From Dipteris shenzhenensis (Eukaryota), in the NCBI GenBank assembly GCA_047967505.1, contig CM106538.1: DNA of 64,000 nt; one strand, given 5' to 3'. Position 1 is the first letter of the stretch, and each line of letters starts with the position of its first letter. Made by a program: the position numbers and the translations under genes. This document shows positions 27,279-40,399 of the stretch, piece after piece. The notes under the pieces are model-generated. The model was not told the origin of the DNA and made no database searches. It was given only the letters and a program-made list of their open reading frames with translations.

Positions 27279-30229
27279 GGATCCAAAAGCTGAGAAGTGC
27301 ATCTTCATTGATTATTCTCTGCAGCAGAAAGGCTATAGATGCTATAACCTTTCTACTCGTAAGTTTACAGTGAGTAGAGATGCTTTTTTTAATGAGATGA
27401 GCAGCTGGTATAAACCAGTAAATGTGATTGATGATGTAGATGCACAAAATGGTCAGTGGACATGTAGTGTCCTCTAGCAGTGATTCACATACTTCGCCAT
27501 GGATAGGCAGATTGAGATCAGGAGAATCTCCTCAAAGCAATGCAGATAGTGGTATGCAAGTATCACGAAAGGAAAAAGAGAAAGTAGATCAGCCCATGGT
27601 TGATGTGAATGCAGGTCACTCTTATGTGGATGGTGAATCCAGTGGCTCAGAACAGAGCCTTGATGATGAGTTGGGTATTCCTTCTGTTGTTACACCTGAA
27701 GTAAGGAAGACAAAGGATGTTTTGAGAGTACCTGGTAGTGAGCCTATTTTGCGCAGGTCTACCAGAGTTAAGTATCATGTGGATAGGCTGAAATATGATG
27801 GAGTTACAGCCATTCACTATGCCTATATGATCAAAGTGATACATAAACCAGAACCCACTTCTTTTGAGCAAGCCATGGGAAAAGAAAAATGAGAGAAAGC
27901 TATGGTTGAAGAAATGGATGCTTTAGAAGCAAATGCTACATGGGAATTGGTGTCTTTGCCTAACGACAAGAATGCAATTGGCTGCAAGTGGGTCTATAAG
28001 GTGAAGCACAATGCAGATGGTTCTATGAGCAGATACAAGGCAAGATTAGTTATCAAGGGGTATGTACAGACATATGGCATTGATTATGAAGAAACATTCA
28101 GTCCGGTTGCAAGGATGGCAACCGTAAAAGCAGCCATTGCTATGGGTGCATCAAAGGGATGGTCTTTACATCAGATGGATGTAAAGAATGTCTTCTTGCA
28201 TGGTGATTTGCAAGAAGAGGTCTATATGGAGCAGCCATCAGGTTATGTGCATGATGTTTATCCTGAGTTTGTTTGCAGGTTGAAGAAAGCCTTGTATGGC
28301 TTGAAGCAAGCATCAAGAGCATGGTCTGATAAAATAGGACAGTATCTTGTCACTATAAGCTTTCAAATTTCCACGGTAGATTTCTCACTTTATGTGAGAA
28401 AACAGAGAAAGGTATTATGCTGCTTGTCATTTATGTTGATGATTTGATCATCACAAGTGATAGTAATGAAGATATCATTCATGTGAAAATGCTATTGAAG
28501 CAGAAGTTTGAGATAAAGGATTTGGGAAAGCTGCATTACTTCTTGGACATTGAGGTGATTAGATTCACAAGTGGAATATGGCTCTTGCAGAGGCAGTATG
28601 GATTGGACATGCTGTCCAAATATGAGATGACAGGCTGTAAGCCTATTTCAGTTCCTTTGGAGCAAAACGTGAAGCTGAGCGCAGATGCAGGTGAGCTTCT
28701 GAAAGATCCTACTATGTACAGACGCATAGTAGAAAGTTTGATTTATATGACTATTGTCGTGCCAGATTTGAGCTATGCTGTTAGGTTGGTAAGTCAGTTT
28801 ATATAAGCTCCAAGGAAATCGCATTTGGATGCGGCTAGACGCATACTGAGGTATGTGAAGTTCACATTGTAGTATGGACTATTTTATGAGACTGGGGTTC
28901 AGATACAGTTGCATGGATACACTGATGCTGATTGGGTTATTTCTGATAGACGATCTACGAGTGGATATGTGTTCTCTTTTGGGAGTGGTGCAGGCTCCAA
29001 GGAAATCGCATTTAGATGCGGCTAGACGCATACTGAGGTATGTGAAGTCCACATTGTAGTATGGACTATTTTATGAGATTGGGGTTCAGATACAGTTGCA
29101 TGGATACACTGATGCTGATTGAGCTGGTAGTATTTCTAATAGACGATCTACCAGTGGATATGTGTTCTCTTTTGGAAGTGTTGCAGTCACTTGGAGCAGC
29201 AAGAAACAACCTACAGTTGTCTTATCGAGCACAGAGACTGAGTACAGAAGTGCAGCAATGGTTGCATGTGAGGTAGCTTGGTTGCGTAAGCTACTTTATG
29301 ATATGCATCAGTCTACAGATGGGTCAGTTGTCATTTATTGTGATAACATGAGCAGTATACACTTGGCAAATAGCCCAGTCTATCATGCTAGAACAAAGCA
29401 CTTTGAGGTGCATTATCACTATGTGCGAGAGAAGGTTCTAGTAGGTTTTATTGATTTGGTTTATGTCAGCACAGAGGATCAGGTAGCTGACATATTCACG
29501 AAGGCCTTGGGTGCAGAGAAGCTGCACAAGTTCAGAGACCTGCTTAGTGTGCAGGATGGGATTGAGCTTGAGGAGGAGTGTTGAGATATCGAGCTCCACT
29601 CGTGATATGTCAGGGTGACTGTTGTGCATTTATGTCACCGACTTGTTAGCTGCAGATGTGGTTGGTACACCGCCCATGAATAATAGCTGGATGACAGCTA
29701 TCTTTATGTACTCTAGTTAGTGGCTCAGTTAGTATGCCACCTAGGTTAGCTGAGTTTGGTATGAGACCCACATATAGGGTTCATCTATTCCTTTTGTACT
29801 AAGAGAGAGTTCTTTTGGCTTACATAACTAAGAAGAGGAAAACTGTTTTCAGCCTCCACCTTTGTGTGTATTCCCCCATTGTGTATGTGAGAAAGTTGCA
29901 AGTGAGACTCCTTACTTCTCTCCCACTAACTTCACACAAGGTACAAGGGTCGATGAGAAATGCCGTCATGTCAACTAGGATAGATGAAAAAAGGAGTACA
30001 AGGTACTTGTACCTAGACCTAGGACTAAGTGTCTTAGGTGTCACATAGGACTAAGTGTCCTATGTGGCCTAAACGGCACTAATACTACAAGTGCCTATAT
30101 TTATGCCTACAAGGCACATATCATGGCCTATAGGGCATCACAAGGACATGTGGCCCAGTCACTATCCGTGTAAGCATGCATAGTAAGTGAACCCTAATCA
30201 CCATGGAAGAGGGCTAAATCCTGAGTGCA

Positions 30230-33200
30230 TCATCCTGAGTGCATCTGAGATATCTGAAGACTCTCTTCATTGCCTGCCAATGCTCTGCCAATGCTGTGAA
30301 CTGGGCATCTGCATGAATTTGCTGAGCTGAGATACTGCATACTGTAAGTCAGGTTTGGTGTGACATAAATAAATAAGGCATCCAATAGCCTGGTGATAAA
30401 GAGTGATATCTCATGGTGGGATCCCATCATGAGCTGAGAATTTGAAGCCAGGGTCCACTGGAGTAGAGATTGGCTTGCAATCCTCAAACTGAAAATGATC
30501 GAGGAGCTGTCCAATATACTTGGACTGAGACATCATGATACCCTCCACAACATGAGCAAATTGAATGCCCAAATAATAATGGAGCTGTCCCATGTCTGAC
30601 ATGTCAAAAATCTGCTGCAAATCAGTCTTGAAAGTTGCAGTTTGTTGAGTATCTGGGCTCGTGATGAGCATATCATCCACCTATAAAATCAGCACTTAAA
30701 AATCAAATCCACTCCCACGGACATAAAGAGTGGGCTCTTTGGGGCTATTCTAAAAACCAAGAGATAGTAAGTGTGCATGAATTTTGGCATACCATGCCCT
30801 AGGTGCTTGCTTCAAACCATAAAGGGCTTTTCTCAACCGGCATACCTTATTTTCAGAATTAACAACCTCAAAGCCAGGAGGTTGTGTGACATATACTTCT
30901 TCCTGCAGATCCCCATGAAGAAAAGCAGTCTTGATGTCAAGTTGGTGCACTTGCCAATGATGATGGGCGCAAGGGCAATGACACATCTAAAGGTACTAAT
31001 CCTGCATGTGGGAACAAATGTCTCCTCAAAGTCAATGCGTTGTTGTTGGGCATACCCTTTTGCAACAAGACGGGCTTTGTATTGATCTATGTTGCCATCA
31101 GATTTCCTTTTTAATTTGTAGACCCACCGGGTACCAATGGCATGCTTGCCGGGAGGGAGATCTACTAATTCCAATGTGTCATTTTTGGCAATGGATTGTA
31201 ACTCAGCTCTCATTGCATCCATCCACTCTTTGCTGCCAAAAGCATCTTTATGGCACAAAGGGTCTTCATTGCAAGCTGTAGCAAGGAGTGCAAACTCAAG
31301 AAAGTGACCATGCATTTGTCTATTCCCTAATCTTGTCCGGGCAGCAAAAGGCTAATCTTGTTTGCTGTCCCTCAATGTATCAAGAAGCCATCTGGGAACT
31401 TGCCTTTGCTATCTATTGACAGCTCTTTCTTCAATGACTGCATCATGAATAGTGGGATCATTTTGTGCTGGAAGAGAAACCTACAAATCAGCATGGGGTA
31501 GTGGCTGATTATTGCTTGGTGGAGGGCCTGCAGGAGGCTCATGTTGCTGGTCAAAGTCCTCTTCTGAGGATGGCAGAGGTAACCAAGATTCAAAGGCATC
31601 AAACATGTCAACATCTGGCTTAGCTTTGTAGTCCACAAGAGGAGAAGCTGAATGTTCAGCAAAGATTACATCTCTATTGACAATAATCTTCCCAGTATTT
31701 GGTTGATATAACCAATACCCTCTGCTCTCTTGGCTGTAACCAATAAATATGCATTTGATTGCCTTGTCATCAAGCTTATGTCTCAGCTGAGATGGTACAT
31801 GAACATATGCAAGAGACCCAAAAACTCTCATGTGTGAAAGTGAAGGCTTCCTGCCTTTCCATGCTTCATAAGGTGTAACAGTCTTCAATGCCCGTGTAGA
31901 TGATCTATTCAGCACATAGTTGGCACACATCACTGCATCAAGCCAAAATTTATTGGGCAAAGACTTGGCCTTAAGCATGCATCTAGCCATCTCCATTGTG
32001 GACCTATTTTTCCTTTCAGAAACAGGATTCTGCTAAGGAGTGTAAGGAGTAGTGCATGAGTGAATAATGCCCCGTGAAGACAAAAATGCATCAAACTCCT
32101 TTGACATATACTCTCCCCCCCTATCTGTATTGAGGATGACAAGCTTGCATCTTAAATCTTTCTCAACCATATTTAGCCACCTCTGAAAGCATGAGAAAAC
32201 TTCAGATTTGGCTTTTAAAGGATATACCCAGCAATATCTTGTGACATCATCAATGAGAGTCATGAAATATTTGTACCCTCCAATGGCATTTGTCCTCATT
32301 GGGCCACAGACATCAGTGTGCACTAGCTGCAATTTCCTTTGTGAGAGTTTTAGACAATTCTTTTGAAAAGCAAACCGATGCATCTTACCCAAAAGACAAC
32401 CCTCACACACATGTTTGGAAACTGTGTGAGTTTGAGGTACATCATTTTCCATCTACTGTCAATGTAGCATTGCAAGAGCTCTATAATTGAGATGACCCAT
32501 TCTCTCATGCCAAAGATGAGTTTCAGCAAGCTGTGAATCTGAAATAGCAAATGCTTTAATAGCAAAGTGCAGCTGAGTGTGATGATCAAGGTGATAAAGC
32601 CCCTTTTGCAAAGTGCCAGTGAGAACTATGGCATTGTCATCATGAAGATCATAAACTAGGCATCTGTAGCCATCAAAAATCACTCTGAAACCTGAAGTAG
32701 CAATTGTTGAAATTGAGATCAGGTTGACTTCAATTACAGGCACAAAGAGAACATTTGTCAAAGTGACAGAATGACTTGAAATAGATGTGAGCTGCACATC
32801 TCCGATTCCTTTTACAGCATATGAAGCATTATTAGCACATGTGACAGTCCCCCCTCGAGGTGCATCAGCTAAAGAGTGAAACAACTGTCTACAAGATGTG
32901 ACATGCTTCGAAGCACCACTATCAAAGTATGAGGACTGAGCATCATTAGCAGTAAAGAGTGCATTAGATTTGGGATCAAATGAGCAATGGACAGCCCATG
33001 CCCAATCATCCTGAAGAGCATGTGCATGTGAAGCATCTGCTGGCTCATGGGATTCAATAGCATGTGAGGCATTAACTGTCTATCCTGCTTTCTCTTTCTC
33101 TGAAGCAGTGCGCTTCCTGCATTCTGAAATGTCATGTCCATGCTTCCCACAATAGTGGCATCTTTTCTTCTTTGACTTATCTACTGTATTTTTAGATGCA

Positions 33201-33683
33201 TGGGAGGAATCACAGCTGCTATGCGCAGATTTTGGCTTGCCCATAGGCTTGGAAGCCTTGCCTCTTCCTGTCTGCTGTGAAGCAAATGCATGATCAAGAA
33301 TAATGGCTTGTCTATTAGCTCGACTTTGCTCTTCCTGCAAAAGCAAAGTAACCAGTTGATCAAAAGAATAGTGGTCTGGATTCATGGCCACTAATCGAAG
33401 GGTTGTAGCAAACCCTTGGTATGTATTTGGCAGTCGATTCAATGTGGTATTGACAAGCTGTGAATTTGGCACCACCTCATCAATGTTGGCAAGTTGTTTC
33501 ATGAGGTCCTTGACCTTTGTTAGATATGCATCCATAGAGTCACCTTCATTCATACTGACTTCCTGTAATTGCCTTCTCAAATATGCAACTTGAGCTTCAT
33601 TGTGAATCTGATAGAGAGAAGCCAATTTATCCCAAGCATCCTTTGCTGTCCTGCAAGACCGGATGTGTGGAATAATGATTCTC
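30230..33683 (-). pseudogene. Copia C gag-pol (UBN2 gag, zinc knuckle, GAG-pre-integrase, rve, RVT_2)
   Basis: [53 protein letters not shown] and VDDMLI; multiple frameshifts. Confidence 0.92.
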
Positions 33684-34049
33684 TTACATGATAAAGCAAT
33701 ACATAGTGCTCTCTCTTACAACCTCCCCATTCTCTGCAACTGCCTTGCTTATCCTTTCTTTGAATTCTTTATTCAACCTAGTTCTCCATGACACAAGCTT
33801 TCCATCACGACGAGATGGGCGCACATGGCTTGGCGTACTGATTTTTTGCATACGAGATGGGAAGCTCATGACACCAATAGCATCATCAGTCTCAAATACA
33901 AATCCTGCCCTTACCAGGGTCTCCCTCTCATCCACAGTAATTGATGTCCGACATGCAACCTTCCACACACCTGGAGAGTTTCCAGCTTTTGTAGTGACAC
34001 CCTTGAGGCTTTTGGGTTTTCAGGTCTCTTTCAGGGTATCACATTTACT

Positions 34050-34340
34050 ATGGCTGGGAACAATCAAGATCTATTTGGCGTTCTTTGTGAAGATGATAAG
34101 TTGGATGGCACCAACTATTTGATGTGGTCTTATCTTATGAAACATATTCTAGTTGCAAAGCATTTGAGGAATATTGTTTCTGGGGTTGATCTGAGGCCAG
34201 CCAATGCTACAGTGGTTGCCTCTACTACTGGTCCCTTTGCAGGGGGTACTCCTCCTAATGCCTCATCTTCTAGCACTCCTGCTGCTACTCTTCCAACTCA
34301 GGAACAGTCAAGATGGGATGCAAGAGATGCAAATGCACAT
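34050..34340 (+). pseudogene. Inverted N-terminus of the Copia C gag
   Basis: MAGNNQDLFGVLCEDDKLDGTNYLMWSYLMKHILVAKHL...WDARDANAH lies on +, while its continuation (IIPHIRSCRTAKDAWDKL) lies on - below 33683. Confidence 0.8.
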
Positions 34341-35569
34341 TCACGATCTGACCCAACTGTGACTATGGCAGGCAATGTTCACTGCAAAAACAGCAAATCT
34401 GGCAAAAGCCCCAAATTTAATGAGGGCAAATAGGCCAAAAAGAAGGCAAATGCAGAAAAGCCCCAAATTTTGCTGAAATTTTTGCAAATGTGACCCAATG
34501 TATAGCCTCAAGGCTTGAAAATGCAAAAATATGAGTTACTGTCCCAAACACCAGTTGAAATTGAGCTCCCAACACAAAAGCCCCAAATTTTGTTGACCTA
34601 AGTGATGACGTGGCACAATGTGACAGTCCTAAACCTGAAATTAACTGAAAACTTCAATTTTTGGAAGGATTTCAGTTGTCAACCTTGTCCAAAGTATTGT
34701 ATTGATTGGTTGAAGGTCCAGATGTCAAAAGCCCTAAATTTTTTTGTTGGAAATTAGGGTTTGACAAAAAAAACTGTCAAAAACAGTAAAATACTGCAAA
34801 TGTTGCTTGTGAATCAGCTTCTGGTCCTTTGAGATTAGGACTGAGGCTCAAAAGGCCTCTGTAGGTAGAGTATAACCAACCACGAAGCTGCTGCAGCAGG
34901 TTGAAGTGCAAAAGACAGCTGGAGCGTAGCTGGAACAGCCCTTAGACACCTCGAACTTAGTGCGTGGCTGGTAGTATCTCCTTTGGAGGGCTCTGAACAG
35001 GTCGCGATAGCAGAACGTCTTCAGCAGATGACTGTGGAGAGGTCACGGGAGCTAGGCGCTTGGATCTGGGTCTGGTCAATGTCGCGGGAGCTAGGCGTTT
35101 GGAACAACAGTACAAAGGTGACAATAGATGGTCATGGGTACTGTGGAGGACCTCGAAAATGCTGCAGCTGAAGCCTACAAGCAGTCGCCTCAGTTTGGGA
35201 ACAACAATGAGGCACTTTGTGGCGACGAAAAAACACTAGAAGCCTTGGACAACAGTTGGAGGAAACGTACGGGATCTATACGTATTTGTACGGACAGTAC
35301 GGAAAAGAGGTGTAGGAAGCAGAGCTGGGCTCTGATACCACTAAAGGGTCGCGTAGACAAAAGAGAGCACGTACAAGGTACAAGGGTCGATGAGAAACGC
35401 CGTCACGTCAACTTGGATAAATGAAAAAAGGAGTACAAGGTACTTGTACCTAGACCTAGGACTAAGTGTCCTAGGTGTCACATAGGACTAAGTGTCCTAG
35501 GAGGCCTAAAAGGCACTAACACTACAAGTGCCTATATTTATGCCTACAAGGCACATACCACATCACTAG

Positions 35570-38500
35570 AACCACCAGGAGATGGCCTACATACTCAAGC
35601 TGGCCGAAACCACTCACTAGGTCCCATTGGATGTCAGGACGAGGTTGACCCTCCCATGGCCAAAGGTGCCACTGTGTTTCCTCCGGATCTGATAGGGCTG
35701 TGTCTGGGTCAATAGTCCAAACCTTGTCCAAGTGGCCCACTATCTTGATCCTCTACCACACTAGCCCATCCAAGACCTCCTCATCCCATGTTCTTGCTCT
35801 GTCTCATCCTGCAAGAGGCAGTTATTACCCAGTGACTACTAAAGGAAGTGAATCCTACGAGGCACTACTATCCTCGAGAACTGTCCTGACCAATATGGGG
35901 GTCCAGGTGGTGCTCAGTCCCTCCCTCCAAGAGTTGGGAATCACTGCATCAATCTTTGCCATCCATATGCCTACCCCCCTCAGATGCCAGAGTGCTTGGA
36001 CCATGTCCTTTGCATCCATAGGGAGCTGTCTCCAAATCCCAAAGGACCTCTCTGGGCCACTGTCCCACTGTGCCTAGCCAATATGTGACCGTTCTCCTAG
36101 CATATGTCCCTCTAGGTCCTTAATCTCAGGGTGCCATATGATTGGCTACCGCTCCTCACAGCATGTGGGCCTGGCCTAAATAAGTCCCCCAAACAAGCGC
36201 TTTCAGAAGGTTCCTCATAAAGAGGGAGAGGGCTCTGAAAAAATCCATCTACGGGGCTGTTCCCGAGAAGCCCTTGCTGACCCCAGAGCTTCTAGGGCTT
36301 AGAGTTTGGGGTGAGACCACATACATCTACTTTGCAATGATGCTAAGGCTTCCTTGGGCCTCCGGTAGAATCATTGTTTGCCATGCCACCCTGATTCTAG
36401 TGTTCGGTGTGTTATTAAGTGCCTAAGCTGACCCATGCGTCCCTTGTGAAAGCACTAGCATGAGGCTATGTACCAGGCTGTGGCAAGAAGGAACTCGTTG
36501 GCCACCAAGGCCCTGCCTACTAAGGAGAGTTGGGCCGAGCTTTAGTAAAGAAGCTTGTGCCGCACACTCTCTAGTACTGGGGCAATCTGCTGCTGTGTTG
36601 ATATGTTCACACCCACCTGGCACCCAAGATATCTCACTTGTCTGCCCCCACGGAATCCGTCCAAAACCAAGGGCAGTCCCTCAGCCTCGGACCTCCTAGA
36701 CCTCCTCAGTCTCGCTGAGTAGTATTGCTTGGATCAGAGGGAAACTTAGAATTGTTCCTGACTCGGCATCTGGAGTGTGTCTTGACTCGTGTGCTCACTT
36801 TGTCACCTCGAGTCACATCAAGGATCTCAAGAGCATCCACCAACTCCTCATCTCGGAGAGCTCAATAATCATGTTTAGTTCAGCTGTCCCCATGTTTCAC
36901 ATTTTGCATACTTTACTATGCTCGAGAGCCCATTTCTCCCCACACTTAAAAGCATTGATTTGCCCTCTTCCTGTTGTCCATAATGGCTCGGGTACGTTGT
37001 TTTATTTTTTATTTTCCTGCTACAGCATGTGGGTTTCCTCCTAGTTTCCCATCGGATTGCAAGCTTTGCATATGGCATTTTGCTACCCCATATTTTAGGA
37101 AGCCTAGGAAATGGGGCTGCTACAGCCTTCTAGTCATGCCATTCAAGCATCCAGGGTTTCTTTTCAACCTCAAATGCAGTCCCATGTGAGCTGCCTGTAG
37201 CATTCTTATACCCGTGGACATACTTGGGCTCGAATACCTTCATGATCTTGGCAGCTCACTCAATGGTTTGAGGTTCACGAGCCCACACATATGAGGCAAG
37301 GGACAAATGCAAGCCGTGAATGAAATGCAGCAACTTTCCCTTCTCGAAAATGTCATTCAAGTACTCCTGGAACGTGCCTGTTTGAGATAATGCGTAAAAT
37401 TCAGCCAAGTACTGCTCAAGTACTACCGGGAATACAAATGTAGTGGCCATCAGCTTTTGTAACCCTTCCCAAGTGGCTGGCCTGTTCCCACCAAGTGTGA
37501 ACATAATCATGTAAATGCATGCCGGCAAATATACTGCACTTCTCGTCATGTTTAGGATAGAAGCAGAAGTAGTATTGCAGCTTCATGAGCCATTCTTCCA
37601 GCTCATTGGGAGTAGGTGTCTCACGTTTAAATTTGTGCACAGTGAGCTTATCCTTGACATCTTTCGCTGCATAATTCCTGCTTTGGCTACTCCCAAATGT
37701 ACGGTCATCATCATGCTTAAGGTTCACCTAATTATGGAATGGCATCTCCTAACGGATGGCCACGGTAAGAGCGCAATGCCTTGGACAGCATATCATCAAT
37801 CTTGGGCTGCTGTCCATGGCCAACACTCTGATGAAATGTAGAGCCATCCATCTAGTGCACGGGCTGTGTATGGCTATAAGTACTCATCGGTTGCGGAACG
37901 GGAGCATGAATCCCCGGCTCTGTATACCCACCAAATGCATCTCGTTGCAGGGACTGCATACCAAAAGGCTAGAGGAGGATTGACCTCTCTCCCCCTGCTG
38001 TGGACTGGCCTGTGAACCCAAGACAACTCCAGGCAAGCTGGCTGGTGTGGTGAAAGGACTGACGGTGCTCATAGGAGCACTCATCGAATGCACAGAAATG
38101 GGTTGGCCCACGAGAGATGGCTCCATCTACAAATGCAGAGAGCTGCAAATTGCAGAACGCGACAAGAGGGTTGGAGGTGCAGAATGCATCCTCAATGCCA
38201 TGATAATCCCCATATTGCGGAGCAGGCTGGTCAAACTGAAACGGACTGAAGTGCTGAAATCCTGCTGTGCGTCAAGCATCTGCCATAAAACCCCCGTGTG
38301 GTGCAGAGAATGCATCCTAGCTGTCCGATTGATCCCCATGCTATGGTATAGGCTGCTTGCCTTTGTTCGGTGATATGGTGTGGTGACTTGGTTGAGTTAC
38401 TTGGTTGAGTTGATGGCTGATCTGCTGACCAATTTGCTGCCCCAACTAGAGAAATGCACCATGGAGCGTGGAGGAAAATGCCTCTAGGAAGTGTACCTGT

Positions 38501-38650
38501 GCATCCCAAGATGTGGGAGAGAGGGGCTGAGTAGTAGAAACATGACCACCAATGGATGCACCCACTATGGAAGGCGCATGCTGATGTTGAGAGCATCATC
38601 ACTGTTGTCATGTGCACGGATGGGTATCTGATGTGTACAAAGGTACCCAA
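35570..38650 (-). mobile_element. Old degraded Gypsy-type element (gag plus probable INT C-terminus/chromodomain remnants)
   Basis: Retrotransposon gag-like KFKRETPTPNELEEWLMKLQYYF...HDYVHTWWEQ at 37250-37730; WEGQPRPDIQWD chromodomain-like remnant near 35650. Confidence 0.5.
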
Positions 38651-40399
38651 GACTAGCTCAGTTAGCCTAGGGAGGCTTAGGGCTAGGTAGGCTTGATTCT
38701 CGAGTTGAGTGACAAGGGTACGAACCAGATAGAGGTCTTCGCTATTTTTGGCGCATTGGGCTCGAGTTTATAAAAGGGGCCCAAGGGTTCAGTTTCCAGA
38801 GAGCAGGGGGGAACAAGACTAGCTCTCTCGTGCAAGGTCTTGATCTTGGATCGTGTCGTGGACACACGCCTACATCCTAACGTAGCCCCAAGATCCAACA
38901 ACAGATCCAAGGCCTCCAGGCGCCACCTGGTGGTATGGGACACCAGGTTGGTTGGGGATCTGGTTGGGAGTTCGTGCCAGTAGCTCAACTCATGGCTCGG
39001 AGGAGACATATCTTGATTCGAGATCATTTCTCGTAGATGTCGTGGTTGGGTGGTGAGCAGCCTGCTCAGACTCTCATGTTTCTTGTTGTTCTTGTGTTTG
39101 CTTGCAGGTTTGGATTCTCAGGAGCTCTGGGGTCACGTCAGTTGATATTAGAACCAACTCCTAAGGTATGATTCTTTGGGGATGACGATGGAAAGGGACG
39201 TGATTTCCTCTAGGTAAGATTCAAATTCAAAATTTCTTGGGATAACCTGCAAAAGCTTGTGGATTCGTCAGTTAGGGTTACAATTCATCTAAATTGGGAT
39301 AGAAGGGATTCGTGAAGAGAGCCCATGAGGATTCGCTATGAAGCAAGGAGAGTCATGAAGATTCATTGAAGAATCAAGAGAGAGAGATTCACAGCTAGGG
39401 ATTTGTGATTGAGGGGATTTCCTAGCAGGAAGATTAGCTTGCGTAGGGCTGCCGGGGATGCAACGGAATGTCTAGCTGAGAGTATTAGGACTGGCATGAG
39501 AGAAGAGGGCTGAAAGAGAGGTGGAATGGAGCTGGTCAGATCGAAAGTGGCAGATCGGAAGTGGGCCGAGAAGGGTTTGATGCTTGGAAGCTTAATAAAA
39601 AAGCGAGAAGGCTTCCAAGTTAGGTGGATGGTTTTTTTGGAAAGTTTGGCTTTCTAAAAGCTAGGGTTTACGTAAGCGTTTTATTTGTGAGAAGCAGGGT
39701 CACACAAGGAACGATTGTCCTAAGTGCAAGAACCAGACACAAACACAGGCACCGAAGCTCCAAGCAGGCCAAGGAAACAAAGCTAAGGGAGCTAACCAAG
39801 CCTTGATGACATGTATTTTTGTAAATGTCATTACCTAGCCGACTTTCATGTAATTGCACTTTTAATAATTCGTTATTTGGCCCCCATGACCTTTTTCGAG
39901 CTTATGAAGAAGTGAGGGACAAACTAGTTCACATTCCCCGGGCAGCTCTCACAATTTTGTGAATTACAAACTTGTGCCAAGGTTGGGGCTGTCGCGATCA
40001 CACCTACGAGGTGCAGCTTCCAGTTGGGAAGTAGTTTTGGAATCGCAAGATCGGCGATCTCTCTCTCCGGATTCAAGACTCCACAGATACTCTTATGTGC
40101 TTAGTCACCTTCTTCCTTTCTTGTTCTCTTTCTCTCTTTTTTTCCTTTTCTTTCTTTCTTCTTCTTTTGGACGTATTTTAGTAAGCACTAGGTTTGCCCA
40201 AGAGACTCTGCGGGTCTTTAGAAACCTAGTATAGCTACTTATGCTTGGGCACTGATGACAACATAACTGTTGCTTTGCTTGCTAAGTATGTCTTCCTTTT
40301 GTTTTTCATAAAAGTTTTTGTTTACCTCTTTTTTCTTCTCTTTCATTTTCCGTTTTATTTTTTGTGTAGATTTTTAGTCTTTAGAACAACAAAAATTCT

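Larger units (their letters stand above)
19209..29936 (+). mobile_element. Copia element A inserted in the LTR of C, with its 3' half triplicated
   Basis: 5-bp TSD CAAGG (19204-19208; 23511-23515 and 29937-29941). The partial 5' LTR (19209-19336) is fused straight to PR/INT. INT, RT and RNase H motifs are present. PPT followed by 358-bp 3' LTRs at 23153-23510, 26367-26724 and 29579-29936. Confidence 0.92.
20851..30140 (+). repeat. 3,214-bp tandem triplication (20851-24064, 24065-27278, 27279-30140)
   Basis: ORFs recur at a constant +3214 offset (21474, 24688, 27902) with near-identical sequence. Confidence 0.97.
19172..35566 (-). mobile_element. Copia element C (host of element A), rearranged
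   Basis: 5' LTR ~35341-35566 next to the PBS (gctctgatacca, 35329-35340). The same LTR sequence at 19172-19208 plus 29942-30140 is the 3' LTR, split by element A. gag-PR-INT-RT relics at 30230-33683; RNase H and PPT are lost. Confidence 0.75.

Noticed and set aside
36700-37124. Possible partial LTR ending ggggctgctaca; also an LTR-like region at 38650-39995
   Set aside because: No partner LTR, PBS or TSD in the window to support boundaries
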